A DNA stretch of 64,000 nt from the human T2T-CHM13v2.0 reference genome, Homo sapiens (GCF_009914755.1 NC_060939.1), one strand, 5' to 3'; numbered from the stretch's first letter, positions 29,461 through 43,835 are shown. Program-made: numbers and translations. The notes: a model not told the origin generated them from the sequence alone.

Positions 29461-29872
29461 CTGAGTTGCAGGAGGAATGAGGAAACTTTGATATAAGAGG
29501 TCTGGAACATGGGAACCAGGGAAGAGGATGGAATCTGACCTTCCTAATATGTACGAGCTTATAAGAGTGAGCACCATGGCTTCCCAGAACATCCTGATGA
29601 CTTATTATTAAAGAATACAGCCTGCCATGGCTAGTAAATGTTGCCACACCTGCCTAAAAGAAGGTCAAGTGTACTTGTATTGGCGTCAGCCTATGTCTGT
29701 ACAACATAGGCTTACTATGGGCACCCTGGAGAAATAGAGGCAGTTTTTTTAGATTTCTTTCAATCAGCAAAATGAGGTGTTACCTGCTGGCATATCACAG
29801 TTCTTTATTTAGCATTGCTGTTCTGTTCTGCCAAAATATCCATTCAAATATAATTATTAAAATAATGATAAT

Positions 29873-30149
29873 ATCCAGCACTTTGGGAGGCTGAGGCAGG
29901 TGGATCTCTTAAGTACAGGAATTCGAGACCAGCCTAGGCAACATGGAGAAACCCTGTCTCTACGAAAAATACAAAAATCAGCCAGGCATGATGGCACTCA
30001 CCTGTAGTCCCACCTACTTGGGAGGCTGAGGTGGGAGGATCGCTTGAGGCCAGGTGTTCAAGGTTATAGTGAACTATGATTGTGCTACTGCATTCTAGCC
30101 TGGGCACCAGAGTGAGACCCTGTCTCAAAAATAAATCAATCAATAAAAT
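29873..30149 (+). mobile_element. AluJ, 5'-truncated
   Basis: GGTGGGAGGATCGCTTGAG (J diagnostic), (AAT/CAAT)n tail, degraded TSD. Confidence 0.9.
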
Positions 30150-30439
30150 AGTGATGATTATATCAGCAAATCAACAAATCCACCCATAAGTAACCTCCAA
30201 CAGTGAGTCCCAGACATGTGGGAGGAGGGGGTGAAATGTAAACAGTGTGCTCCCCTTGGAGGAACAAGGCCAGGCCCACGGCACTTCTGAAGGTAAGAGG
30301 TACATCTCTGGGCACTCTCCACCTTGCTCATTCCCTTTTTTGTTTGGAGCCATTTGGGTATTTAAAGTAACCTGTGTGCAAACCAGCCACTTAATCCCTG
30401 AATTCAATCCTGTTTTTTATACCCACTCCTCCCATCGTA

Positions 30440-31420
30440 AGTCTAAGTCACTTTCACCTCTGCCCAGTACTGCTTAAGCCATCACATCGGGCTCCATTTC
30501 CATCCTTACCCTTCAATAATTTATTCTCAAAGCAGATAGAGTTTCCTTTCAAACACATAAATCACATCCTGTCTGGGCAGGTTTTATTTTCTAAAGATGG
30601 CCACTTTTCCCACATGCTCTCAGAGGGTGATATGGAGAGGCCGCCATCAATAGCAGGGTCTGTGTTCCCTCCCCTTGACACTGGCACCCTTTTGCAGTGG
30701 CCTCCATGAGAAGAACACAGCAGACTTCCAGGGCTGGTTAGAAAAGGCAATACAAGCTACCACGGGCCTCTCTGTCTCCTAGGATGCCTGTTTTGGAAAC
30801 CCAGCCACCACGTTGTGAGAAAGTCAAGCAGCCCCACAGACGGGCTACGTGCAGTCCTGCTGAGGTCCCAGTTAAAAGCCAGCATCACCCGCTGGACACG
30901 TGAGTGAGTGAGGCTTCAGATGACTCCTGACCCCAACCTTTGAGCTGCCTAAGCTGCACCAGTGGAGCAGAGACAAGCTGACTATCAAGCCAAGCCCACA
31001 TTGCAGATCTGTGAACAAAACAGATGTCACTGAGTTAAGCCACTAACTGTAGGGGGGTTGGGTTATGTGAAGCAGTAGGAACCTGAGACATCATCACTTC
31101 CTTGCTTAAAACCCTCCGATGGCTTTCCAATGCCATGTGAGGAATCCAATGTCCTTACCTTGGTTTAAAAAATCGAAAATCGTGCCTAGATCCTTCTAGC
31201 CCCTGACTATCCCTCCTATCTCATCTTGCTCCACTCAGCCTTCTTCATTGTACCACAGCCTCATGCTCCTTTCTCTCTGTTGAATCCACTGAGCTTGCTC
31301 CAACCTTGGGGCTTCTGTACTTGCTGTTCCTTCTGCCTGAATGCTCTTCCCTGGATCTTGGAGTAACTGGATTCTTCTCATCCGTCTCAGGTTTCAGTTC
31401 AAACATCACCTGCTTTACCG
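30440..31420 (+). mobile_element. L2 fragment interrupted by an MLT1 LTR
   Basis: AAACACATAAATCACATCC|...|TCATCACTTCCTTGCTTAAAACCCTCCGATGGC is continuous L2 sequence across the LTR. Confidence 0.75.
30570..31090 (+). mobile_element. MLT1G/H-like solo LTR
   Basis: TG...CA ends, with AAAGATGGCCAC, GGAAACCCAGCCACCACGTTGTGAG and TAAGCCACTAA...GGTTATG motifs. Confidence 0.8.
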
Positions 31421-31661
31421 GTTGCCAGGACTAGCCTCTGAGTTTATTTCAGTTTAGTGGTTGTACATATAATCTTAGATAAGTTGGGGTAACACCTTTT
31501 TTGTGAGCCATGTTCAGGTTCAGAGATGCAGGCATGGAATGATGTTGGATTTAAACAGATTTGGAAACTTATCAGGTGAGTATGGTGAAAAGAAAGAGGG
31601 GCAGTGGCAGTTTTTCACTTTGCTCATATTCCAGATGTTTCTAATATCATTTTTGCCAGAT

Positions 31662-33380
<1,719 letters not shown>

Positions 33381-35002
33381 CAACTTAGCATGTTCTGCTT
33401 CAGTGCACATTCCTCTCGACCCCTTTTAAAGCAACTCTGTGTCAGTAATCACGACTCCCCACTGAGTCTCCATGAGTGCTTTTCACTAAGACAAGATGCT
33501 AATATTGAAAGACCCAGTCTCAAAGGTGTGTTTATCAGGGGTTTATTGTTTGTTTGTGTGTTTGACTATTCTTTGGCTCATTTGCAGTCAAAGAAGGAGA
33601 GAGAATCTTGGTATGCAAATTCCAGTGCTCTCTCCAATCCATCCTTTTCAATTCTTTATTCCTCCAAATGCATTTATTGAGGGTCCACTGTCATCATGGC
33701 AGCTACATTCTATGGGAGGGGCAGATGCTAAACAAACAAAAAATAAATAAAATACGGTGCATCAGAGTGTGATAATATAGAAAGGAAGAGAAGAGGCCTG
33801 GATGAAACGTGTCAGTTAGCCCCAAAGGTATCCATAAAAGAGTGTTCCAGGAAAGAACAGCAAGCACAAAGTCCCCGGCTTGTGAGCATGCTTGGCATGT
33901 TCGAGAATTAGCAAAAATGTCACTGTGATTGGAGTGTGGTGAGCAAGAGAAAAGGAGAAGGAGGTGAGGTCTCAGATTCACCATGATGAGATCCTGTATA
34001 AACTTATGGGCCATGCCAAATATTTTTGCTTGTGCTCTGAGTGAGATGAGAAGCACTGCTTGGTTTCAAACAGAGAACACGGTGTAGCTTACGTTCTGGC
34101 TGCTGTGCTAAGGAAAGGCAATGGAAGAACAAAGAAGCATCAGGAAGACAGATTAGGAGACGCATTTCCAGTGAGGCAGAATTGAGGCAACAGAAACCTG
34201 TATGGAGGAGTTAGAGATTGGGGTAGCTATAAGTGGCCAGATTGTAGGTATATTTTGACATAAAGCCAAGATTTGCTGGTTAATTGGATGTCTGGGGTGA
34301 GAAAAATGGTGTCAATGATGACTTTAAGTTTTTATCCTGAACAATTACAAGGATGGAGTCAGCATATATAGCAATGAAAGAGACGGTGGGAGAAGCTGAT
34401 TTGGGAAGGATAATCAGGACTGTCAAGAATTTTATTTCATACAAGCTATGTTGAAATGCTTCAATGTATATCAGACATCCAAGTCAATATACAACATAGG
34501 CAGCTAGGTATATAAGTAGTATATACATTTGGAGGAGAAAACCTGGGCTGGAGATAGAAATCTGGTAGTCCTCACAGTATAAATGGCATTTAAAATCATG
34601 AGAATGAAAGCTCTCACTAATAAATAGATATAGACAGAGGAAAGAAATCCAAGAAGTGAGACCTGGAGATTTCCAACATTTAGAGATAGGGGAGAAACAG
34701 CAAGGTAACTAGGGAGAATTGGCTGAGGAAGTGGGAAAACAGAGAGTGGCACCTGGAAAACTAAGTAATAAGAATGCGCTTAGAGCAGGAGAGAGCAATC
34801 CACTGCCCCAAATGATCATGAATGGTGTAAGATGCATGTTGAAAATTGCTTGTTGGATTTGGAGAGAGGAGATAATTGGTATCCTTGAGAAGAACTATTT
34901 CAATGGTGAGGAGAGGATGAAAACCCAAATGACAATGGATTCAGGAGAGGATAAGATAAAAGGAGGCAGTGTCTTTCCTTTAAAAAGAGCATAAGAATGT
35001 GT

Positions 35003-35054
35003 GCAATAGCTGAAGAGGAATGTGGAGCAATAGCTGCAGAGGAATGTGGAGCAA
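35003..35054. repeat. 24-bp tandem duplication
   Basis: GCAATAGCTG(A/C)AGAGGAATGTGGA twice, plus GCAA. Confidence 0.95.
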
Positions 35055-35063
35055 GTGAGGACA

Positions 35064-35333
35064 TTTTTTTTTTTGAGATGGAGTCTTGCTCTGTTGCCCA
35101 GGCTGAAGTGCAGTGGTGTGATCTCGGCTCACTGCAAGCTCTGCCTCCCGGGTTCATGCCATTCTCCTGCCTCAGCCTCCTGAGTAACTGGGACTACAGG
35201 TACCTGCCACCACGTCTGGCTAATTTTTTGTATTTTTAGTAGAGATGGGGTTTCACCGTGTTAGCCAGGATGGTCTCGATCCCCTGACCTCGTGATCTGC
35301 CTGCCTTGGCCTCCCAAAGTGCTAGGATAACAG
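35064..35333 (-). mobile_element. AluY, 5'-truncated
   Basis: Y diagnostics GCAAGCTC, GCCATTCTC and CACCGTGTTAGCCAGGATGGTCTCGATC. Confidence 0.93.
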
Positions 35334-35559
35334 GATCTTTTTTTTGAATATGAAAAAAGATGACATGTGTGTATGCTAATGAAAAGCAGTGAGGAAAGTT
35401 GATGACGCAAGGTAGAGAAGAAACAATAGGTAGATCGCCAAGGGTATACTTGGTCAGAGAAAGGAGAACAGGAAGTTGATCTATGGAAACAGGGAATGGG
35501 GTGTCTTTGCATGTGGGCAGAGAGATGTGGTGATGGGAATGTATAGGAGGTGCCTTCTT

Positions 35560-35955
35560 CATATACACCATGGAATACTATGCAGCCATAAAAAATGATG
35601 AGTTCATGTCCTCTGTAGGGACATGGATGAAATTGGAAATCATCATTCTCAGTAAACTATCGCAAGAACAAAAAACCAAACACTGCATATTCTCACTCAT
35701 AGGTGGGAATTGAACAATGAGAACACATGGATACAGGAAGGGGAACATCACACTCTGGGGACTGTTGTGGGGTAGGGGGAGGGGGGAGGGATAGCATTAG
35801 GAGATATACCTAATGCTAAATGACGAGTTAATGGGTGCAGCACACCAGCATGGCACATGTATACGTATGTAACTAACCTGAACATTGTGTACATGTACCC
35901 TAAAACTTAAAGTATAATAATAATAAAATTAAAAAACAAAAACAATTTAAAAAAA
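35560..35955 (+). mobile_element. L1PA3/2-like 3' end, 5'-truncated
   Basis: Canonical 3'UTR to CTAAAACTTAAAGTATAATAAT plus an A-rich tail. TSD AG(G/A)AGGTG(C/T)CTTCTT at 35545-35559 and 35956-35970. Confidence 0.95.
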
Positions 35956-35969
35956 AGAAGGTGTCTTCT

Positions 35970-36384
35970 TGTATTAGTTCATTCTCACACTGCTATAAAA
36001 ACTGCTTGAGTTCGTTCTCACACAACCCTGAGACTGGGCTGGGTAATTTATAAAGAAAAGAGGTTAAATCGGCTCACAGTTCTGTGGGCTGTACAGTTTT
36101 ATGCTTCTGGGGAAGCCTCAGGAAACTTGCAGTCATGGCAGAAGGTAAAGGGGAAGCAGGCAAAGCCTTCACTTGGCTAGCAGGAGAGAGAGAGAGGGAA
36201 GGGGGAAGTGCTGCACACTTCCAAAACAACCAGATCTCATGAGAACTCACTCACTATCAAGAGACCAGCAAAGGGAAAATCCACCCCCATGATTCAATCA
36301 CCTCCCACCGCCTCCCTCCCCCAAAACTAGGGATTACAATTCAACAATGAGATTTGGGTAGGGATGCAGAGCCAAACCATATCA
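35970..36384 (-). mobile_element. MSTA-like MaLR solo LTR
   Basis: TGTATTAGTTCATTCTCACACTGCTATAAA...GAGATTTGGGT...CCAAACCATATCA, with 5-bp flanks CTTCT/TTTCT. Confidence 0.88.
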
Positions 36385-36680
36385 TTTCTGATGGTTTCTA
36401 CTATGTGTAGTGAAATAGGAAGCAATGTGATTGTTTGAGAGTGAAAATGGGAGAAAAGATACTGAGTGGTTGAGAAGAAAGACATAGAAATAGCCAACCA
36501 GGCGAGGAGAAAAATAGACTGATTCGTGAAATGCTATGTAATTTGTGACTTCACTAAAAGTGCTTCAGGTTAGTGGTCAAGTATTCAAAGTTTGAGCAGT
36601 CGCATAACATACGCTGTGTTCAGCTGCAAACATGAAATAGGCATAATATTGAATTTAAACAAGGTTGAAGTTTTGTCAGG

Positions 36681-37077
36681 TGCTATGAGCCAAATATTGT
36701 CCTCCCCCAAATTCATATGTTTAAATCCTAAGCCCCAATGTGACTGTACTTAGAGATAGGGGTTTTAGGAGATAATTAAGGTTTAATGAGGTAATAAGGT
36801 GGGGTTCTAATCTTATAAAATTGGTGGTTTTATAAAAAAAAGAGAAGAAGAGAGAGATGTCTCTTTTTCTTTTCTTGTGCATGCAAGAGGAAAGGCCATG
36901 TAAAGATATAGAGATAAAGAGACCATCTGCAAGCCAGGAAGTGATCTCTCATCAGAAACCTACTTGCCCTACACCTGATGTTGGAATTCCCAACCTCCAG
37001 AATTATGAGAACCACATTTCTGTTGTTTAAGCCACAACACAACAAATTTCTGTTATTAAGGCAGCCTGGGCTGATGA
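36681..37077 (+). mobile_element. MLT1A-like solo LTR
   Basis: TGCTATG...CCCCCAAATTCATATGT..AATCCTAA...CCTCCAGAATTATGAGAA...TTTCTGTTGTTTAAGCCAC. Confidence 0.85.
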
Positions 37078-37990
37078 AGAAAGGCATTGGGTGAGTAGAG
37101 TAAAGGAAAAGAGGGCCAAAGAAGTTGAGGGTATGCAAGAGAATAGTTATGACCATGAACCATGATTGGGTGAGAAGGGAAGTGATGACATGATATGGAG
37201 TGGAGGGTTGTCTAACTGTTGACTATGGTAAAAATCAGTGAACTATGGATCTAACTTGATTTGAGAGTCCAACACTCAAAGGGATAAAGTGGCAAGACAG
37301 GAGGTGATAGTCAGAAAGTGGGATGCTTTCTATTAAGATCATAGAAGTGGTATAGTCATTGATAGCAGCAAAGTCTAGGTTATGACCAAAGAAGTGGAAA
37401 GATGCATTATTCAAGAAGCAAAAATTCCAGGGTGTTAGAAAGATTGTCTTCATGAGTGTTGAAATAATCAAAGATTACAGTAACTACTGAATTTACAGCA
37501 AGTGTTGAAGTGAGTGGCCATGAGCCCATTGTAAATATCTTCAAAGAATAAGAAGACAAGTACCTGAGTAGAGAGACTTAATTGACTCCAAAAAGGTTAG
37601 GTAGTGAGTAGATGAGTCTGAACCCATGAGCTTCAAAGCTGAGGGTAATTAGAGAGAAGGGAGTAACAATGAAATGGCAATGAAGACAAAGGAGAATATA
37701 TATTCATATACATGTAGGTATTCTTGGTCCACAGAGAATCAAATTTCAGTTGGAGCAAAATAGGAAGGGCACACTGAGAAGAGAGGCCAAAGATAAAGAG
37801 ACATTGCTAATGGCTGCCCTGAGTTTCAGAAGCACAGATGAAGGGGGCCAGGTGCTAGGGGCAGGCAGTGGGGTCAGATTAGGGCATGTGAAAAGATTCA
37901 TGGCGTTTGAGTCCAGATAATAGGAAACTACCTGAGAGTTTGGACGTATGAAGGCTGATGTATAATGGGAAAGGACATTATGGAATTCAT

Positions 37991-38430
37991 TGTGATCCAC
38001 TGGTTCTGTGTTTGACTCTGCTCTGAAGCCTGTTTTCTGCCCTTCTCTGGGTCTTGAGAGACTAGCCTCTTTTCAGGATGCACCATGTAGGCTGCTTTGT
38101 ACTCTAGCTTCCAGTTGTTTTTGACCAATGGGAGGCTCTAGCAGGTGATCAGAAGGCAGAAGTAAATGGTGATTTCCTCCCACTTCCTCTCTGCCTCTTG
38201 GAAATTCTGGCAATAGCTGAATTCTTCAAAGTTCAGCAATGTGGGCAGCCCCCCTTCACCTGCTCCAGCTCATGCCAGTCAAGGGCGGGAGATTCTTTCT
38301 CCCTGTGCTTGTCCCTTGGTAATTACTATCCCTTGTTGGTTCTTGTATCCCTGCTAATACCCAGCCCCTTCATTAACTTTCTCCAGCTGAGTGGCTCTTT
38401 TGATTCATGCCTGGACTCCAGTGGTCTTAC
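37991..38430 (+). mobile_element. LTR33-like ERVL LTR
   Basis: GCTTCCAGTTG...GACCAATGGGAGGCTCTAGCAGGTGATCAGAAGGCAG motif. Confidence 0.6.
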
Positions 38431-38440
38431 CTTCTGCTAA

Positions 38441-38570
38441 TAGGGCTACCACATGTGTGGGTGTGCCATGGACAGTTCTGCTTAACATAATTTCTACCAA
38501 TGTAATTATTAACTGTACCCCCTTTCACTCTCAAAAGTCTTTGTTTTGATGAATTATAACATCCCCTGGT
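38441..38570 (+). mobile_element. MER94 (hAT-Blackjack)
   Basis: TAGGGCTACCACATGT...GTAATTATTAACTGTACCCCCTTTCACTCTCAAAAGT. Confidence 0.7.
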
Positions 38571-38930
38571 TCCATTTGTTTCTGTCTTAAATGCTTGCAT
38601 TTGAATCTCTGGTTTACCTTCCCTCTGGCCAGGGTCTTCTTGGTCTCTTACAATCTTTCCTGTGAAGAGAGAGGCTGGGTGTCTGGAGAGGGGTTGATGC
38701 GTTAGCTTGTGAAAGGGCGGAGGGAGTGGAAGAGCTCAACCTGGTCTTCATCTTTATTCTACCAACACAGTAAGCTAAAAGCAAACGAGAAAACAAAATT
38801 CTTCATGTTTATGTTTCATGTTTTTCCATGCTTAATCATTTATAATAAAGAGACACTTCCCTAGGGTCACTGGCTCATTAGCTTCTTATCTTCTCTTATT
38901 TTAAATACAAGTGAAATCACCCCTAATAGC

Positions 38931-38993
38931 AGCACAGGCAAAATGAGAAATGTCAAGTGGCTTTTCAAGCACAGGCAAAATGAGAAATGTCAA
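38931..38993. repeat. Perfect 26-bp direct repeat, period 37
   Basis: AGCACAGGCAAAATGAGAAATGTCAA at 38931-38956 and 38968-38993. Confidence 0.97.
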
Positions 38994-38994
38994 A

Positions 38995-39150
38995 TGACCT
39001 TGGGCAAGTTAAACTAAGCTCTCATGGCCTCAATTTCCTCTTTTGTAAATGGGAGTACTAATTGTACTTGCCTAATAGGAGGGTTAGGATTAAATGAGTT
39101 AATATATAAAGATGTGAAATACTGCCTGACACCCATATTAAGCATTATGC
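38995..39150 (+). mobile_element. MIR, followed by an imperfect (CA)n at about 39163-39198
   Basis: TGACCTTGGGCAAGTT...GCCTCAATTTCCTC..TTGTAAATGGG...GGATTAAATGAGTTAATATAT. Confidence 0.85.
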
Positions 39151-39702
39151 AGCGTGCTGTGCCACACACACACACACATACAGACACAGACACACATAGA
39201 GTGATGAGGAAAGGCAGCAGGCAAAGGCATGGGGGAATAGCTTTTTGTGTAGCAACGAGGAGAAAGTGACTCTGCTCTGAGCACAGAACTGTGGCTCTGA
39301 GGTAATGTTATGCTATAGATCACTGTAGTTTGTCGAAACAAAGGGCTGTTTCCCGTCTAGAGAGGGTGAGCATTTCCTAGGAGAAGGGAGAAAAGGAAAG
39401 CTGTGCTTGCTTTAATTTGAATCTCTGCAGAGCAATCCACTTTTGATCTTCCAGAGACCAGCCACTGGCAAACACAGAACAGCTTCCAGCAGCCTGTATA
39501 CATTTTTGGTTTTTGTCCATGCCAACAAAATAAATCATATCCGAGTTCATTTTTGTGATCTAACATAAATTCTGGGGTGGTAGGGAGTGCAGAGAAGGGT
39601 ACATCACTCTGTGTCCAACTAGAAGATATCATTACGTAATTTAAACAGAGGAATTGTAATATAAGTAATCACTGGAGAGTGATGATAAAGATGGAAAGGA
39701 AA

Positions 39703-40072
39703 CTGCTCAGTGCAGTGGCTCATGCCTGTAATCGCAGCACTTTGGGATGCCAGGGCTGGAGGATTGCTTGAGCCCAGGTGTTTGTGTCCAGCCTGGGCAA
39801 CATAGTGAGACCTCGTCTCTACTAAAGTGGTGGCACATGCCTGTAGTTCCAGCTACTGGGGAGGCTGAGGAGGGAGGATCGCTTGAGCCCAGGAGTTCAA
39901 GCTTGCAGTGAGCTTACGATTGTGCTACTGCACTCCAGCTTGGGCAACAGTGAGATCCTGCCTCAAAAAAAAAGAGGAGGGCAGGGAGAGGAGAGAAAGA
40001 GAAAGAAAAGAAGGAAGGAAGGAAGGAAGGAAGACAAAAAGAGAGAGAGAGAGAAAGAAAGAACAGAAAGAA
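39703..40072 (+). mobile_element. AluJ lacking most of the A-rich linker, with the tail expanded into a GA-rich repeat
   Basis: GGAGGATTGCTTGAGCCCAGG; CTCTACTAAA joins directly to GTGGTGGCAC; (GAAG)n/(GA)n tail at 39965-40072. Confidence 0.88.
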
Positions 40073-41732
40073 CTGACTTTAGAGGCACCTGGAGCTGAGA
40101 GAGAATACCCCAAGAAGGACAAATCTGGAAGAAGTTCCCATCTTACTGGAGAAGGTGTGGCTGAAGCCAGTGCATAGCGAGGAAACTCAGTGGCTCACTG
40201 GAGCCAGAGCTGGTCTACAGTTGCCGGGCATGCAGGAACAGCCTGCCCCTGAGCCTGGTGGGCAGGCAGGCAGAGGGAGTGGGAGCCCTGTATGAGGTGC
40301 AGGTCCTAGAGTGCCTAGTGTCCCAAACAAGAGAGAAGGAAAAATACTCCAGAGCACAGGAGGGCTGCTGTTGGCAGTGGGCATGCAGGGGGAATTAAAG
40401 GACCCTCTGGTGGTGCATGCAAGACTGGAACACACAGTGCCCGAGTGGATAGCTCTGTGAGAAAAAATTCCCTGGGGCTAGTGGGCAGGCATGTATGCAG
40501 AGGGAATCAGTCAATCAGGGCACCACTGCAGACGGGAGCTGGAGAGGCCTCTCTCTCCAAGAATGCAGTGCAATTCCAGGTGGGACTATGGGATCACTTG
40601 CAGGTCAACCCTGCAGGTACTAGGAGACAGTTTTTATTCTCCTGTAATATTGTCTATCAGATGAGCTCTCCCGATTTTTTACAGCTGTTCCTTCTATAGC
40701 ATTGTAATCCTGGTCACTGAAAATTCTCCTTGCCCATTGTCTGGTGCAATATTCCAGATGTAATAACACTAGTTAAAAAAATACCAAAAAAATTAGTTCC
40801 TATTCCTGGCACACTCTGGGAGAGTTTCATGAGCTTTTGCTAGCTTTTGTTGCAACTATACAAAGGTTATTTTAAAATTAATGAATTGTGTTCCAAATAA
40901 TAACGATGGCTATGCAGTATATAATTGGGCTTGCTGATAGTTACTATTGTGGATATGTTCTTTCAATCTACCAGAAAGTATACTTTGCATTTTTATAATC
41001 ACAATATTAAGGACTTGGCAATGTATTCCAAGGTAGCATTTCTATGAATGACATCCATTTTCTGTCTCATTACCAGGAAGGGTCATTAGGTAATCTTCTG
41101 ATGGCACTGGGTAAATCTATTTCTTGAAATTATTCTCCTAGGATAAACAGATAAAGTCGTCATTTTGTTCGCTGTGGTGTCTCTAACTCTCAAAATGACT
41201 GATGGGCCATAATGATATTCCATGGGGATGGAGAAAACCAGCAGTGGGGTTGGTTTTTGGTTTCCTTAGCAACTCTCTCCTAGGGACACCATGGCAGCCA
41301 CATTTATTCGAAGTTAGAATTCTTGAAAAAAAAAAAAAAGACGGTATTACAATTGAGACTGCATATACCTAAATTAACTTTGCTCTAGAGAGATGCATTT
41401 TGCATTGCTATCATTTTTTAGTTGGTGTGCTGATTTCTCACTAGAAAAGCAAATTCTGCCCTCAAAAAAGTATTAGCAGGGAGGGGCGACTGCTAGAGTA
41501 GAAAAGATTAGCAGGGCTTCATAACTCGAATTCCAAAGAGAAAGTGGTTTTCTCTTAGCATTGTTTTCCAATATAGCCCTGAGGGGAACTAATTTAGAAT
41601 CTAAGCAAGCCCCTTTGAATACATGGTCTCCTTAGTACCCTGCTATTCGGTCCAAGTAGAAATCACTTAGTCTTTCTCATTGTTTCTACAGAAAAGCTGG
41701 TCTCTGTGTGAGACTTATTATCATTTCCTGAA

Positions 41733-41929
41733 CAAGGGTTTCTCAAGCTTGGCACCATTGATATTTTGGACTGGGTAATTCTTGTGGAGGACTGCCTTGT
41801 GTATTATAGGATGTTTAGCAGCATCTTTGTCTTCTACCTGCTAGATGCCAATCACGTCCCTTCCTCTACTGGGACGACCGTAAGTCTCCAGGCACTGGGA
41901 GACAAAACGGTCCCAGTTGAGATCTGTTG
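41733..41929 (+). mobile_element. MER20 (hAT-Charlie)
   Basis: GGTTTCTCAAGCTTGGCACCATTGATATTTTGGACTGGGTAATTCTT...AGGATGTTTAGCAGCATC...CCAGTTGAGA. Confidence 0.88.
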
Positions 41930-42237
41930 TCTCAAAGAAAGGTGTCATGTGATCCCATGAGTAACTCGCTGCCATTTTTCCTTTATCAGTCCTCATTTGC
42001 AGCTTCCTAAAGCAAATAACCCATGCTTCAAACACTTCAGAGTCCATGCCGAGAATGCCTGTTAAAGAGAGCTATATTATATTTACAAATAATATTATAA
42101 GTACTCTTATACATAAGGACATAACACTGATGTTCTGGGTAGCAGTGAGAAGAAATGATTTGATCCATCTTTTGGCCTCAATCACTTCTCATCTCTGCCA
42201 TCACCATTCTCATGTCATCTCTGTCACACCCATATTT

Positions 42238-42518
42238 CTTTGTTTGTTTTTTGAGACAGAGTCTTGCTCTGTCACCCAGGCTGGAGTGCAGTGGCGTGAT
42301 CTTTGCTCACCGCAACCTCTGCTTCCCCAGTTCAGGCAATTCTCAGCCTCCCGAGTAGCTGGGACTACAGGCATGCACCACCACACCAGGCTTATTTTTA
42401 GTAGACACGGGATTTCTCCGTGTTGGCCAGGCTGGTCTCGAACACCTGGCCTCAAGCAATCTACCCACCTCGGCCTCCCAAAGAGCTGAGATTACAGGCG
42501 TGAGCCACTGTGCCCAAT
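42238..42518 (-). mobile_element. Alu (old S/J type) with small internal deletions
   Basis: Reverse dimer GAGACAGAGTCTTGCTC...GAGCCACTGTGCCC. Confidence 0.92.
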
Positions 42519-43109
42519 CCCCACATTTTTCATAAGAGAACACACATCAGATAGAAGGCACTAGTTACCTTCCAGTCCCAAGACATGAAAACTAAAAAAT
42601 AATAATAATAATAATGAAATAAAATAAGAGAAGGAGCCATGGGAGAATCTACTATGAATTTCACAGCATATAGTTTTGTAGAATATCTATTGATTCTACT
42701 TGTCCCTATAATTAACCACAAAATTAGATACATCTTGGGGGAGATTTATGTAACATTTTTAAGCCTAGAAGATAATTAGTTTTTTTTTCCAAAATCAACG
42801 ATAGCAAAAATTCTAAATTCACAAAAGAAAATGTGCAGCTCTTTGTACTTCTGTCTGACCAAACTACATTTCTGGGAAGGTGTTAGTCTGTAAATCCTGT
42901 ATATGGAGACTTTTTTCTGACTTCAAAAAATGATAGTGTTTTCTAGAACCTTTATAGTAAAGTTAAAATTGACTAGTACTGGAATTGAACCAATGCTTGA
43001 AAAATATGATGTGAACTAACACCACTGTCAGCCATGAGATACCCGGTTGTTTGCCAGTTGTGTTGGAAATGGTTTTAATTTTGGGATGGAGCTTATATCA
43101 CAAGGGAGA

Positions 43110-43330
43110 TGGCAAGACCATGGATTTGTATATCAGGCTGACTTGAATTCTGAATCCAACACCAGTACTCATTGTCTGTGTGATTTCAGGCACCTTATCT
43201 AACCCTTCTGAGCTTCAGCATCCTCATCTGTAAAGTAAGAGTAAGATACAATCATCCCAAGGTCGCTATAGAGATTACAGCTTGGAGACATTATAATGCA
43301 CATAATGTCCCGAGCAGACTATCTGGCCTG
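43110..43330 (+). mobile_element. MIR
   Basis: TTGAATTCTGAATCC...TCTGAGCTTCAGCATCCTCATCTGTAAAGT. Confidence 0.7.
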
Positions 43331-43409
43331 AGGATGAGCCACTTCACTCTGGGATGGGGAGTCCAGGCTGGCAAGACTTCTGACACCCTCGGCCTTAGGC
43401 TAACACATC

Positions 43410-43810
43410 TAATGCAGTGTTCCAGGTCCTTATGCATGTGGCTGATCAGAATTTACATGTATACCTGAAAACCTAAAAATTACTGTCTACCTCAGAGGTT
43501 TCCAAATGATAATGTCAGCCTGTCTGAGTCATATATGCTGATGAGGATTCCTGGTTTATACCCTAGAGGCTGTGATACAGTGGATCTACAGTAGGACTTG
43601 GGAATCTGGCTTTAGAAAGCTCCCTGGAGGTGGTAATGGGTTCATTTCACAATCTAATGGGTTCCATGGGTGCATTCACTTTGTGAAAACTCACCAACTG
43701 ATGCATTTTTCTGTATGCATGTGATATTATACATCAATCTAAGTTTAATTGAAAACAAAATATCTCCCCAAGTGATTCCAAGACACAGCCAGATTTGAGA
43801 GCCGCTGGTT
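43410..43810. mobile_element. MER5-like hAT element with a nested L1ME fragment
   Basis: GGGAATCTGGCTTTAGAAAGCTCCCTGG...CTCCCCAAGTGATTC...CAGCCAGATTTGAGAGCCGCTG. Confidence 0.55.
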
Positions 43811-43835
43811 TTCTATCTTTCCCAAACCACATTTA

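Larger units (their letters stand above)
33650..37990 (-). mobile_element. Long fragmented L2 hosting four later insertions
   Basis: Antisense L2 motifs from the 3' end (CAAATGCATTTATTGAG) through GAGTGTTCCAGGAAAGAACAGC and AGACATCCAAGT; the sequence resumes after each nested element. Confidence 0.8.
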
